Source: a virus | Length of the DNA: 64,000 bases | Reading direction: 5' to 3' (one strand) | IMG/VR virus record: IMGVR_UViG_3300020193_000009 | Coordinates: 1-64,000 of that record | Part shown: positions 14,611 to 23,963 of the stretch, piece by piece | Position numbering within the stretch: position 1 is the stretch's first letter | Layout of the letters: the number at the start of each line of letters is the position of its first letter | The notes under the pieces: generated by a model | What the model was told of the DNA's origin: nothing | Databases searched by the model: none | The model's input: the letters and a program-made list of their open reading frames with translations, nothing else | Program-made: the position numbers and the translations under genes

Positions 14611-15141
14611 TTATAATGACCAGTGACTAGCGCCACCGTTATCGTATAAATATCTTGCTACTTTAAGATTACAATCAACATCAAACAGACCATTAATTGA
14701 TGTTCCACAAATGTTTTTTGTAACTGTTTTCCAAGTCGAATTAACTTGCAGCAATCCTAAATCACTCGAGCCATCTTTATTCAATGTGGTATTGTGTGCT
14801 TTAGGATTACATCTACTTTCACGCCACGCTATATAAGAAAATAGCTTTGGTGGTAAGCCATACTCAACAAATTTAGACTCCCATTCAGGACATCTTTCAG
14901 ACTTGTCTCTTGGGATTCTATTCTTTGTAATTTGCTCAACTTTTGCCATTGGCAATGTTGTTGTAGTAGATGTAGTAGATGTAGTAGATGTTGTAGTGAT
15001 TGTTGTTTCTTCAACAATTACAACTTCAACAACAGATTGTTTTTGGTAAGAATCTTCTACTACTGTTTTTGTAATGATAGCGCCTGCAAAAGCGCCATAT
15101 ATTAAGCCTATAATTGCTATATAAGGCTGTGATTGAAACAT
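14611..15141 (-). CDS. Membrane-anchored lytic transglycosylase (SLT/lysozyme-like)
   Basis: N-terminal TM segment, Thr-rich linker, IAWRESRCNP (catalytic E), DLGLLQVN, G..HW end. Confidence 0.85.
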   Translation of the reverse strand: MFQSQPYIAIIGLIYGAFAGAIITKTVVEDSYQKQSVVEVVIVEETTITTTSTTSTTSTTTTLPMAKVEQITKNRIPRDKSERCPEWESKFVEYGLPPKLFSYIAWRESRCNPKAHNTTLNKDGSSDLGLLQVNSTWKTVTKNICGTSINGLFDVDCNLKVARYLYDNGGASHWSL

Positions 15142-15280
15142 AATATTTCCTCCATAGTTTGGTTTTGCGTTTTATCGCATTAGCATTTCTAAGAAAAGAA
15201 ACGTCAGTAAATCAACAACTTTACTTACGAATCTTGGCTTTCACTTTATATAGAACCTCCATTGTTAGTTTTATGATAAG

Positions 15281-15357
15281 TGCTGGCGATGAGACTTGAA
15301 CTCATATGTCACCAGTTAATCTTTCTACACTTTATAAGAGTGAGGGTATACGCCAGC
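15281..15357 (-). tRNA. Atypical tRNA-like RNA, anticodon-like loop UAU (Ile?), no canonical D arm
   Basis: 7-bp acceptor GCTGGCG/CGCCAGC, T arm ATGAG-TTCAAGT-CTCAT, CACT-CTTATAA-AGTG. Confidence 0.65.
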
Positions 15358-15365
15358 TTTGGCTA

Positions 15366-15746
15366 TTAGTTATCCTCTTCAAATAGATCGTCTAATTCTA
15401 TTAGAGTCATCAGCTCTTTGTGTTTACTTGGCTTGTTAGACATATTTTCCGAAAGTAGTGGTCTAATATAATTATTGTAGTGAATTGTGTACACATTTCT
15501 TACATCACTAATATTTGCATTTTGTGCTGCAGCAATTTCCGTAAATATAACATTCATATGTGTCATAAATGCGTATATCAATGCAGGCATAAAGAACGGA
15601 TTATCTCCGTAATCGGCACTAATTGAATTGAATAATGTCTCCAGAATTTTTTTGTTATCTTCCGGTTCATTATCATCAGCATTAGCAAATGTGGTAAACA
15701 GTTGTAATGCAATGTCTGTGTACAGGAATTCATCTTTATTGTTCAT
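15366..15746 (-). CDS. Hypothetical protein
   Basis: 126 aa; in gene train. Confidence 0.7.
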   Translation of the reverse strand: MNNKDEFLYTDIALQLFTTFANADDNEPEDNKKILETLFNSISADYGDNPFFMPALIYAFMTHMNVIFTEIAAAQNANISDVRNVYTIHYNNYIRPLLSENMSNKPSKHKELMTLIELDDLFEEDN

Positions 15747-15752
15747 AATTTT

Positions 15753-15941
15753 TTATCTATATTCACTAAGTACATAATATGTATAAACATCTCGATTAGA
15801 GATTAACCATTCTAGCATAGTTATCTCGTTTTGTCTAGTAAGATATTCAATTACATACTGAAATGAGTATATATTTCCTCCTTCTTTGGAAATTTGTTTT
15901 GTTATTTCTTTTAGTTTTGTTGGTATAATTGTTTGTTTCAT
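15753..15941 (-). CDS. Hypothetical protein
   Basis: Directly after tRNA-Leu. Confidence 0.55.
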   Translation of the reverse strand: MKQTIIPTKLKEITKQISKEGGNIYSFQYVIEYLTRQNEITMLEWLISNRDVYTYYVLSEYR

Positions 15942-15944
15942 ATG

Positions 15945-16017
15945 TGGGTGTGATGGGTTTCGAACCCATACTTTATTGATTTTAAGTCAATTGCCTCTGC
16001 CGTTGGGCTACACACCC
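15945..16017 (-). tRNA. tRNA-Leu(UAA) with a short variable loop
   Basis: GGGTGTG acceptor, ATTGA-CTTAAAA-TCAAT, GGGTTCGAAACCC; A73. Confidence 0.9.
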
Positions 16018-16023
16018 TAACAA

Positions 16024-16356
16024 TTATTCCACATCTTCTTCCATTTGCTTTGTTAATTCCATTATGTCAGATGGTGATTCACCTTTCTGTATTAGATCAT
16101 TATGATAAGCTACATTCTTTGTTATCTCCCTAATTGATACAGAATGTGGATTATAAAAGTATTCTTTAACTATCCCGGGCTGTTTTTCACCAACAGAATA
16201 TTCAAATATTCTTGCGTTCCAATTATCCGGCTTAAAACCGTGTAATCTTTCACAAACTCTGTTAGCAATTGCTACAGCTTCAATTACAGTAGATGTATCT
16301 TCTACTCTAACTGGAAATCGATACTCAACTATGTAATAGTTATCGAATTTCGGCAT
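16024..16356 (-). CDS. Hypothetical protein
   Basis: AAGGA RBS; 110 aa. Confidence 0.7.
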   Translation of the reverse strand: MPKFDNYYIVEYRFPVRVEDTSTVIEAVAIANRVCERLHGFKPDNWNARIFEYSVGEKQPGIVKEYFYNPHSVSIREITKNVAYHNDLIQKGESPSDIMELTKQMEEDVE

Positions 16357-16481
16357 CTACAATCCTTTGCCAACATAGAATAATAATACAAAGAATGGTA
16401 ATGCTAATATCCAAAGACCACAAATTAATAATAGGAAAAGACCAATTGGAAGGAATATGAACTTCAATACTTGCTCTTCGG

Positions 16482-18137
16482 TCATTTCAACTCCTTTATG
16501 AAAATGCTATCATCTTTTAGTGGACTAAAGAATGCGTTTGTAATAGATAAAGAAATATTATCATCACAGGGTGTCAGACTACCAATAAGATTACTTACAA
16601 TTTCATTTGACTTAACTAAGAATGTCTTAGTGCCAACATTTACAATTGAACCGTCAAGTATATCTGATTTCTGAATCTTGAAATTTAAACCTTGCAAATA
16701 TGGTAGATCAGATATCTTAACTTTGATATCACGACTACCTTTCTTCACATTGAGCACTTTTGCCTTGTAGTTTTTAACCATCAACTCTCCGATTCTTTTA
16801 TCTGCTAGGTCTCTAAAATCTGGATGACTATCACTCATACCTGTTGAGTAATGATCAAATTCATGAACTAATGTACCAACAATGCCTTCAATTGATGAAG
16901 TTTTAGCGTGAGACTTTGTTATCAAAATTTGTCTTTGAGAAATAGGTTGTCTTGAATTTATGGTAAGACCAAGAATTTCTACAGAGTTTGGTGAAAATAA
17001 AGCAACTTTCTTTTCCATATCAATAAATTCAGGGATGTAGTCGCCAACTATCTTCATTGCTTGTACAAAATTTGGGTATTCTTCATAATCATAAGACAAA
17101 TCATATGATAGTTCTTGACCAGCAATTACAGCAAGTGTTTTTACACCGGCAGATTTTAAGATCATATAAAGATTATCTGATTTACACCTAATTGGCACAT
17201 AATCAAGTTCTTTTACTTTCCTATCAACTCCGGGGATAGTATACTCTAATAAACCCAGCAATACTGCTTTTTCACCAAACTTATTGGTGAATCTTTCTTG
17301 CCACATTTTACTTGCCTTAAGATATTCAAATGCTGTACTTGGAAATGACCAAAACTCAGTAGAATTTGAATCATATGGATTATCTCCAATTGTGTTTTGT
17401 AACACTTCATCAATTGCTTCTTTATTAGTCATTGAAACAATTGCTCTAGCAATATCATATTGAAGACCGTAATAGTTTGCAAGTTTTCGTTCTTCATTCA
17501 ACTTAGCAGACTTTACATTGTAATGAAAATAGCTTGTTTCTTGTTCATCTTCATGAACTAATACACTCTTGCAATATATAGCCAAATTCCCGTAGTTATT
17601 TTTTAAGATGGAAATATCATCATCGAAGCGATGAAAAACTGGAGTGTTGTCACAATAATAATATTCATGTCTTGAAGCAATACTTCTCATTTCAGGAGTT
17701 GCTGAAATAAATACAGAAAACTCTCCATAATGATGTTTAGCTTCTCTTACAATTTCAAAACCCCAATCTGATGGAGTTATGGCGCTGTCTTTAGCATTGC
17801 TAACAACTTCTCGATAAATTTGCCATTCAGACTCCCAAGAAAGTCTGCCAGCATCAACCGTAAATGAAGATGGAATTTTGTTTATTCCATAGTCGTAATG
17901 AATGACTTCAATACCTTTAATATTAACTGGGGTGTATCGTAGTTCATACAACCCATCTTCATCTTCACCAAAAATTGCAAAATCAATTTCTTTTCTCAGT
18001 GCTAGAATTGGTGCATATTTAATACCGGAACCAAATTGACCAATTGTTTCATCATCATCACGCTTAGTAGATAGACCAAGATATTGCAAATGCAGCCTGT
18101 TTACTCCATCTGATTTATTCCATACCCTGATATACAT
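16482..18137 (-). CDS. GHKL/HATPase-like ATPase (permuted motif order) fused to a HExxH zincin-like domain
   Basis: LGLSTK..IGQFGSGIK; REVVSNAKD; LVHEFDH. Confidence 0.75.
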   Translation of the reverse strand: MYIRVWNKSDGVNRLHLQYLGLSTKRDDDETIGQFGSGIKYAPILALRKEIDFAIFGEDEDGLYELRYTPVNIKGIEVIHYDYGINKIPSSFTVDAGRLSWESEWQIYREVVSNAKDSAITPSDWGFEIVREAKHHYGEFSVFISATPEMRSIASRHEYYYCDNTPVFHRFDDDISILKNNYGNLAIYCKSVLVHEDEQETSYFHYNVKSAKLNEERKLANYYGLQYDIARAIVSMTNKEAIDEVLQNTIGDNPYDSNSTEFWSFPSTAFEYLKASKMWQERFTNKFGEKAVLLGLLEYTIPGVDRKVKELDYVPIRCKSDNLYMILKSAGVKTLAVIAGQELSYDLSYDYEEYPNFVQAMKIVGDYIPEFIDMEKKVALFSPNSVEILGLTINSRQPISQRQILITKSHAKTSSIEGIVGTLVHEFDHYSTGMSDSHPDFRDLADKRIGELMVKNYKAKVLNVKKGSRDIKVKISDLPYLQGLNFKIQKSDILDGSIVNVGTKTFLVKSNEIVSNLIGSLTPCDDNISLSITNAFFSPLKDDSIFIKELK

Positions 18138-18146
18138 ATATCTCCT

Positions 18147-19037
18147 TTAGTTGAGTATTTTTTGATTTACTGCATTAATAAATTCATCACGAACATAAGC
18201 TTTTACATTATCAGAAAGCTCAAGTTTGTTAATAAAATCTCGTACATCTGCAACACTTAATTTTGGATCAAAGCCATCAACTTCTCTTCCATCAACTAAA
18301 TGTGCATCAACTACATCTTCTTTTGGTTTAAGGTATTCATCTCTGTTGGCAAGATACTTCTGCTTTTCTTCTTCAATAACTTTCTTAGTGACATTCTCAG
18401 ATACAGTAGTTATCAGTTTAACAAGATCAATAACCATTGTATCTAAACGTGGAAATTTTATCAGATCAACACTGCCTTCTTGAATCTTGTCCAAATGCAA
18501 TGAAATATCTGAATTAACAGTATGGCAAATAGCATTCCAAACTGATTTACCAAGTGAACAAAGATTTGCTGGATTTTGACCTTGATATGAATCAAGTTGA
18601 TTTTCAATCCATTCTTCTGTTACTTCAGAATCTTGTGCATTGGTAATTGCATTATTAACATCGCTTTCAATTGTATCCCATACATTATCTGAATTAAGAT
18701 AGTCAGACATTTTATCTTCAATTTGGTATGCAACTACACTTTCAACATTGTCTTTAACCAGTAATTCAACATCATCTGAAATAGATTCCTTCATTTGCTC
18801 ATAGACAACATCAATGAATTTCTCGTCTTTTGCCAAAGCATCTATAGCTACTTTTACTGGGACTGTGAGAGTAACTATGTGAGCAAATTCTTTGTCTAGA
18901 TTGTCAATTACTTGCATTTCGTTTTCCATTTTATTCTCCTCTTGGTGTTTTATTGTAGTTGTAATTACATTTCCAGCAGCCTCTGTTCTTTCAAGATGCT
19001 CTGTTTGTTTCATATCATAGGTATCTCTACTTGTCAT
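18147..19037 (-). CDS. Acidic helical hypothetical protein (second in-frame RBS/ATG at 18929)
   Basis: AGGAG RBS before ATG 19037. Confidence 0.7.
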   Translation of the reverse strand: MTSRDTYDMKQTEHLERTEAAGNVITTTIKHQEENKMENEMQVIDNLDKEFAHIVTLTVPVKVAIDALAKDEKFIDVVYEQMKESISDDVELLVKDNVESVVAYQIEDKMSDYLNSDNVWDTIESDVNNAITNAQDSEVTEEWIENQLDSYQGQNPANLCSLGKSVWNAICHTVNSDISLHLDKIQEGSVDLIKFPRLDTMVIDLVKLITTVSENVTKKVIEEEKQKYLANRDEYLKPKEDVVDAHLVDGREVDGFDPKLSVADVRDFINKLELSDNVKAYVRDEFINAVNQKILN

Positions 19038-19060
19038 TTTTTCTCCTGTCTCAAGAAACA

Positions 19061-19534
19061 TCACCTATAAGCATGACCATACATATCATAAAACCAATTA
19101 GCATATTCATACATATTTGAGTTTTCTGGGACTATCATTGATGCACCATCAAACCAATCTTGGTAATGATACACAACGTTATCAATATCTTCTTCGTCAG
19201 GATATCCTGACAAGAATATCTCAATAAAATCAGCTGGACCACCCCAACTAAATTGAACTTTAATTACTCTGTGACAAGATACGCCAATTGGGAACTCGTC
19301 AAGACTAGTTTCTGTATACTCGTGATTTTTATGTTGCTCTTCAATAAATTTACTTACTTCATCTTCAGTTGGCTCTTCGCCAGATGAAGTAGTTACTTTT
19401 TCGATAAACTCTTCAACTAACTCTCGAAGTTGTTCATCAAATTCTCCGTTAACCATTGCTGTCATTTCTTTAATCATTTGGTCGCGGGATTCAAACTTTT
19501 CTTGAATCAGTTCTAGACAAGTTTTTTTTTCCAT
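19061..19534 (-). CDS. Acidic phage protein (SWGGPAD motif)
   Basis: TAAGGAG RBS; QFSWGGPADF..YQDWFDG. Confidence 0.75.
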   Translation of the reverse strand: MEKKTCLELIQEKFESRDQMIKEMTAMVNGEFDEQLRELVEEFIEKVTTSSGEEPTEDEVSKFIEEQHKNHEYTETSLDEFPIGVSCHRVIKVQFSWGGPADFIEIFLSGYPDEEDIDNVVYHYQDWFDGASMIVPENSNMYEYANWFYDMYGHAYR

Positions 19535-19553
19535 AAACTCTCCTTAATTTGCA

Positions 19554-20519
19554 TTAACCTTTTTGAGTCCATACTTGTTGAGCAAGTAAATTCATTGGGA
19601 AATCGGTAAGGCGATTAGTCTTCAATTTCACATTGTATCTACTAACAATAAGATATGGCAATGAAGTGAAAGTAACTACTTGACCACTACTAATCATTGC
19701 TTGTGCTTGAGCAATCACTAATGAAGGGTTGCCAATCTTTGCCAATACTTCTGACAATCGTTGTTGATCAACTTTCTTACCGTATCTGTTAAATATACAG
19801 GCAACAGCAGAAATCATTTGATCACGAAACATTTCATTGTTATTTGGATACGCAGCTTTTAGCGTCTGTAGTGTCTTTAGCAATACGGTTGCGCCGGCAT
19901 TGTCATACACTTTACGCAATGTTGCAACACAACGAACATTATCTGGACCAGGGGCAAAATGAATTTTTGCTCCGACTTTCTCGACAATTTCATTGATAGC
20001 AATTGCTGATTTGTCTCCAGCAACAATACCAGCTTTAAAGATTTGCGCCGGCGTTGGCTTTGTATGTTCTTTATTAGTCAGAGCAAAGATGTGTGCTTCA
20101 TCTTCAATTGATAGACCAAAGTAAACAAGTGCGTTTACATTTGCGTCTTTCATTCCCATAGCAATAAGCGAGTGATACCTATGGCTACCGTCAATGATTG
20201 CCAATGTGTTATCATCACGCATTGAGACTGTGATTACACCAAGCAAATCTGGGTTAAAATTCTTTGTGATACGGTTGATTTTTGCCTTCAACGGCTGTCG
20301 TTGATAGGTATAATCAACAAACATATCAGAAATTTTGATCAAAGACGACATCTTTGAGATGTGTCCAACATCAAAGTTTGCACCAAGAGATTCGTGTTTA
20401 GTAGCAATTGCTACTTTCAAATCTTTGTTTACTTGTTTTGTGGTTAATTGCTTGGATGTAGTTTTGTTTTTCACTACTGTCTCCTTGTTGTTTAATTTGG
20501 ATAATTGCTTATTTTTCAT
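19554..20519 (-). CDS. ParB/Srx-like N-terminal domain protein
   Basis: VDYTYQR..GVITVS.R....IIDGSHR. Confidence 0.75.
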   Translation of the reverse strand: MKNKQLSKLNNKETVVKNKTTSKQLTTKQVNKDLKVAIATKHESLGANFDVGHISKMSSLIKISDMFVDYTYQRQPLKAKINRITKNFNPDLLGVITVSMRDDNTLAIIDGSHRYHSLIAMGMKDANVNALVYFGLSIEDEAHIFALTNKEHTKPTPAQIFKAGIVAGDKSAIAINEIVEKVGAKIHFAPGPDNVRCVATLRKVYDNAGATVLLKTLQTLKAAYPNNNEMFRDQMISAVACIFNRYGKKVDQQRLSEVLAKIGNPSLVIAQAQAMISSGQVVTFTSLPYLIVSRYNVKLKTNRLTDFPMNLLAQQVWTQKG

Positions 20520-20521
20520 GA

Positions 20522-20731
20522 TTAGCCTCCTAGGTTAATCTTATCTCTTTCGGCAATTTTTCTGCCGTGGTTGTATTCTTCTATAACATTTACTTTTAAA
20601 GTTTCTAAAAAGTATTCTTGTAAATCAAGATTGGGTGGATTGTTTACATTATTCATACAATCATTGTATCCAATAGCAAACCAATACTTTGCTGTATAAG
20701 AAACACCTTTAGATTTAACACTATATGCCAT
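20522..20731 (-). CDS. Hypothetical protein
   Basis: TAATG coupling. Confidence 0.6.
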   Translation of the reverse strand: MAYSVKSKGVSYTAKYWFAIGYNDCMNNVNNPPNLDLQEYFLETLKVNVIEEYNHGRKIAERDKINLGG

Positions 20732-21081
20732 TAGAGTTCATTTTTCTGAAGTTTATATTTAATCATATGCATAGTCTTATTTACCACTTTAGAAGCAACA
20801 GATTTATAATCTTCTTGTCTAAATAAACTGCGTAAAGTACCACGTTCTCTTGAAGTGAAACCACCCCATACTCCAAATTTAATATCTTCATTTAGAGCAT
20901 AAGTTAAGCATTGTTCAATAACAGGGCATTCTTTACAATAAGCTTTTGCTTTGTCTGTTTCTTTCTTTATATTTCTATTTTCTTCATCTGATTCAAAGTA
21001 AAATACATCAATAGGTACGCCTTTACAGGCTGCCCTATCGCGCCATATTTCTTTAATTGGACTAAATAATTTACGATTCAT
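20731..21081 (-). CDS. whiB: WhiB-family transcription factor
   Basis: W..RAACKG..AKAYCKECPVIEQC..GVWGG. Confidence 0.93.
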   Translation of the reverse strand: MNRKLFSPIKEIWRDRAACKGVPIDVFYFESDEENRNIKKETDKAKAYCKECPVIEQCLTYALNEDIKFGVWGGFTSRERGTLRSLFRQEDYKSVASKVVNKTMHMIKYKLQKNEL

Positions 21082-21439
21082 AGTACGGAATAACTGGCTT
21101 TTCTACTAGTGGATTAAGTAATGTTTGCTCGTAAGATTCATAATACTTTTCAAGTGGCAAACCAATTGCTTTTAGTGAAGAAATTAGATGTGAGATGTGC
21201 GATGACATTGCAATAATAACATTCACCGCTTTGTTAACATCTACTTCTCCATCTTCTCCACAACACAAATTGATTAGTTCAAGACCATAAACTGTCCTGC
21301 CTTGTGATGTATCATAGTTTGTAGATTTAAACAGATTAGTTACCTGTTGTAATGTATTGACGAAATCTGTCTCGTCAGACATTCCATCAGGAATTTTGTT
21401 TTCTACGTTTGCATTTTCTATGTCTTTTTTGTTGTACAT
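21071..21439 (-). CDS. Hypothetical protein
   Basis: TAAGGA RBS before ATG 21439. Confidence 0.7.
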   Translation of the reverse strand: MYNKKDIENANVENKIPDGMSDETDFVNTLQQVTNLFKSTNYDTSQGRTVYGLELINLCCGEDGEVDVNKAVNVIIAMSSHISHLISSLKAIGLPLEKYYESYEQTLLNPLVEKPVIPYYES

Positions 21440-21446
21440 ATTTTCC

Positions 21447-21950
21447 TTAATACCAAATTGATGAACCATCGGCGCTTTTTGATACAAAATTTAACCACCA
21501 AGCAGCGTATATCCAATCGGCAATTAATTCTTGTGGATCACAATCTTCTTCTTTTGATGCATAAGCGTATGCCTGCTCAGCAAATTTTTCTGCATTATCT
21601 TTCATCCATTTTGACATTTCTGAACAATATTCTGCTGACATACCTTCTTTCCCATCTTCAAATCCTTCACCATAAAAGTGATATGTTGTATTTTCATATG
21701 CATCAAAATCACCATTTTCAAGCAAAGAAATTAAAGCATTTCCATACTTTCCGCGATACCAACAACCAGTTCCAAGCATTCCGTATGATGGTTTTGATTT
21801 AGATACCATTGGATCTAAATTAAACTCAATATGCCAAGGACAATTGTTTTTAGCAATTGTTTCATCGCAATCTATTCTCCCATCTTCAGAATATATAACA
21901 GTTCCGGCTTTTACACACGGATATTCGTGTGGTATATTATCTAACCCCAC
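21447..21950 (-). CDS. Hypothetical phage protein (MGLDN..CWYRGK..W.)
   Basis: GAGGAG RBS before GTG 21950; the longer ORF call overlaps the next gene. Confidence 0.7.
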   Translation of the reverse strand: MGLDNIPHEYPCVKAGTVIYSEDGRIDCDETIAKNNCPWHIEFNLDPMVSKSKPSYGMLGTGCWYRGKYGNALISLLENGDFDAYENTTYHFYGEGFEDGKEGMSAEYCSEMSKWMKDNAEKFAEQAYAYASKEEDCDPQELIADWIYAAWWLNFVSKSADGSSIWY

Positions 21951-22308
21951 AACCTTGTTTCTCCTCTCTTGCTTTTTGTTTTCTAGCTCTTCTTCTTTCA
22001 TTATTTTTAGCTTTGTATTGCTTTTGCCTTGAAATATTAATAGTTTTTTCCCACTTAGGAGTCTTAACAATTTTTTTGTCTCTAAATTTAGACTCAATCC
22101 ATTTATTGTGGGCAGTAAAGGCATACTTTTCATCGTGTTCAAATAGCATCTTTACCGATAGAATATCTACATTTTTGTAATGATACTCAAGACCACTTTG
22201 ATATTCAACTACTAACTTACCAATGTTACTAGATGTATTGTAATCAAATTTTGCTTTATTGATAACAATGTCATCAAATACTTTACTTATCTTTTTTCTG
22301 TTACTCAT
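21937..22308 (-). CDS. KTSC-like domain protein
   Basis: YN.....LVVEYQSG.EYHYKNV; GGAG RBS before ATG 22308. Confidence 0.6.
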   Translation of the reverse strand: MSNRKKISKVFDDIVINKAKFDYNTSSNIGKLVVEYQSGLEYHYKNVDILSVKMLFEHDEKYAFTAHNKWIESKFRDKKIVKTPKWEKTINISRQKQYKAKNNERRRARKQKAREEKQGCGVR

Positions 22309-22723
22309 AATCTTCTCCAAATTGTGCTTCCATTTCCATAAAATCTTCTTCATCAGCCACAGGATAATTTTCCAATTTATCTTGCCAGAACATTGCTGAT
22401 TTAAAAGCTTCAGTAATATTATCAATTACTACACCAGATTCTTTATCTTTCAGCACACGGCATAATAGTCTATCAATACTACCGACAGCCCAATGCCTGT
22501 ATGTTTCTATTCGGAAATCATCTGGGAATCTCTCCATTAGGTCTGAGGAAATTACTTTAAAATTTGACAACTCAAGAGCATCTGAATCTCTGGTTTTATC
22601 AAATCCACAAAATCCCCAAGTTACAAATGTATCTTCTGGACCCCAATACCCAAAGTCTTCTGGCTTTTCAATTGCATCACCAGCACACTTTAAAAGATTT
22701 TCCGAATAAATAAATTTAGTCAT
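22301..22723 (-). CDS. Hypothetical phage protein
   Basis: RDSDALELSNF..HWAVG..YPVADEED. Confidence 0.75.
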   Translation of the reverse strand: MTKFIYSENLLKCAGDAIEKPEDFGYWGPEDTFVTWGFCGFDKTRDSDALELSNFKVISSDLMERFPDDFRIETYRHWAVGSIDRLLCRVLKDKESGVVIDNITEAFKSAMFWQDKLENYPVADEEDFMEMEAQFGEDYE

Positions 22724-23180
22724 TTGATCTCCAGTTTTCCATAAACTCTGTAAATGCTACTTGCAATGAACCTCTGGCAGTCATATAATTAAATACATCT
22801 TCACCTTCACCAGCAATTGATAGCATAGAGGCATATTGAATTGCTGTATTACCAACTAATGTCATTTTAACTCTTTTTCTATCAGGATGTTCAGATGGTG
22901 GTAAATGGCTATTTTCATCATTGTCGTTATTAGGCGCAGCCCAACCAGCAGTCAATACGGCAAGTAAATTGTATTCATTTAACTTGATCGCCTTAATTGT
23001 TCTTTTGCTACTTAGCAATTTGTAAATATCACCATTTGAATTAACAGTTTCGTATTGAACACCTTCATCTGACATTTTAATGCCAACTAGTGTTGCAGCT
23101 TTTACTTCTCTGTATTTATCTACATCTGTATGAATATTTCTTACAATTTGTTCAAATAGCTCTTCTGGATAAATTTCCAT
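22716..23180 (-). CDS. Hypothetical phage protein
   Basis: GWAAP..PSEHPDRKRV; AGGAG RBS. Confidence 0.75.
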   Translation of the reverse strand: MEIYPEELFEQIVRNIHTDVDKYREVKAATLVGIKMSDEGVQYETVNSNGDIYKLLSSKRTIKAIKLNEYNLLAVLTAGWAAPNNDNDENSHLPPSEHPDRKRVKMTLVGNTAIQYASMLSIAGEGEDVFNYMTARGSLQVAFTEFMENWRSND

Positions 23181-23201
23181 TGTTTTCTCCTGTTTTGTTG
23201 T

Positions 23202-23552
23202 TTATTTGTATAACATTTCATTAGTTTTATCACTTGCCCATCTAAAAGCATCATCTTCTGATGTTTCACCAAAAAATTGCTCACACCTTACTTCATTTAT
23301 TTCTTCGCGCCATACTTCGGCATAGGCAAACATTCCACCGTATGTACGATTTTGTTTTGGATCATATCCACTAGATGTCCAGATATAAACAGTTACAATT
23401 TTATTTGTAAATGACTCAAATGGGCTATCTTCTTTTTGAAAATCATATGTTTTGACCCAATCGTGTAAGACAGTCATACCTGTTTTATCTGCTTCATCAA
23501 TATTAAACGATCTAAATTTCATTGGAAATGTTTTTATCTCTTCCATTACCAA
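23202..23552 (-). CDS. Hypothetical protein
   Basis: In gene train. Confidence 0.7.
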   Translation of the reverse strand: MVMEEIKTFPMKFRSFNIDEADKTGMTVLHDWVKTYDFQKEDSPFESFTNKIVTVYIWTSSGYDPKQNRTYGGMFAYAEVWREEINEVRCEQFFGETSEDDAFRWASDKTNEMLYK

Positions 23553-23914
23553 TCTCCTTTTTCTTGTCTAATTAAAATTTCAAAGTTATTCAACCATGCA
23601 TCTACTGGTAATCTATCGTGAATAGTTTGCAATCTATCAATTAAAATTAAATCAACTTTCCAGTTTGGAAGTGATTTTTGCAAAGCTTCGACAATTGCTT
23701 TATTTGGACGCATATTTGCGTCTAATACTGTATTGCCTTCAAATTCTATATCATAAAAACTATCATCAATAAGGCAACCAACTGCACATTTTGTACCGTC
23801 TGTTGTACGATAATTGCAAGAAATTGGTTGTTTTGGTTGTTTTTGATTTTTAAAAAAATCACGAACATATTCAATTACATCAATGTTTGTATGTAACTCA
23901 TTTAATGTTTTCAT
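23546..23914 (-). CDS. CxYR...CAVG...LQxIHD family protein
   Basis: CNYR..KCAVGCLI..LQTIHD. Confidence 0.8.
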   Translation of the reverse strand: MKTLNELHTNIDVIEYVRDFFKNQKQPKQPISCNYRTTDGTKCAVGCLIDDSFYDIEFEGNTVLDANMRPNKAIVEALQKSLPNWKVDLILIDRLQTIHDRLPVDAWLNNFEILIRQEKGDW

Positions 23915-23963
23915 ATTTTTCACTCCATTTATCATAATTGGGTATGTATTTGCTTTTGTCATA

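Noticed and set aside
14961-14998. 9-bp tandem repeat (tgtagtaga)
   Set aside because: It simply encodes the Thr/Ser linker of the transglycosylase.
15142-15270. c-di-AMP (ydaO) riboswitch upstream of the cell-wall hydrolase
   Set aside because: The conserved ydaO motifs are not recognisable.
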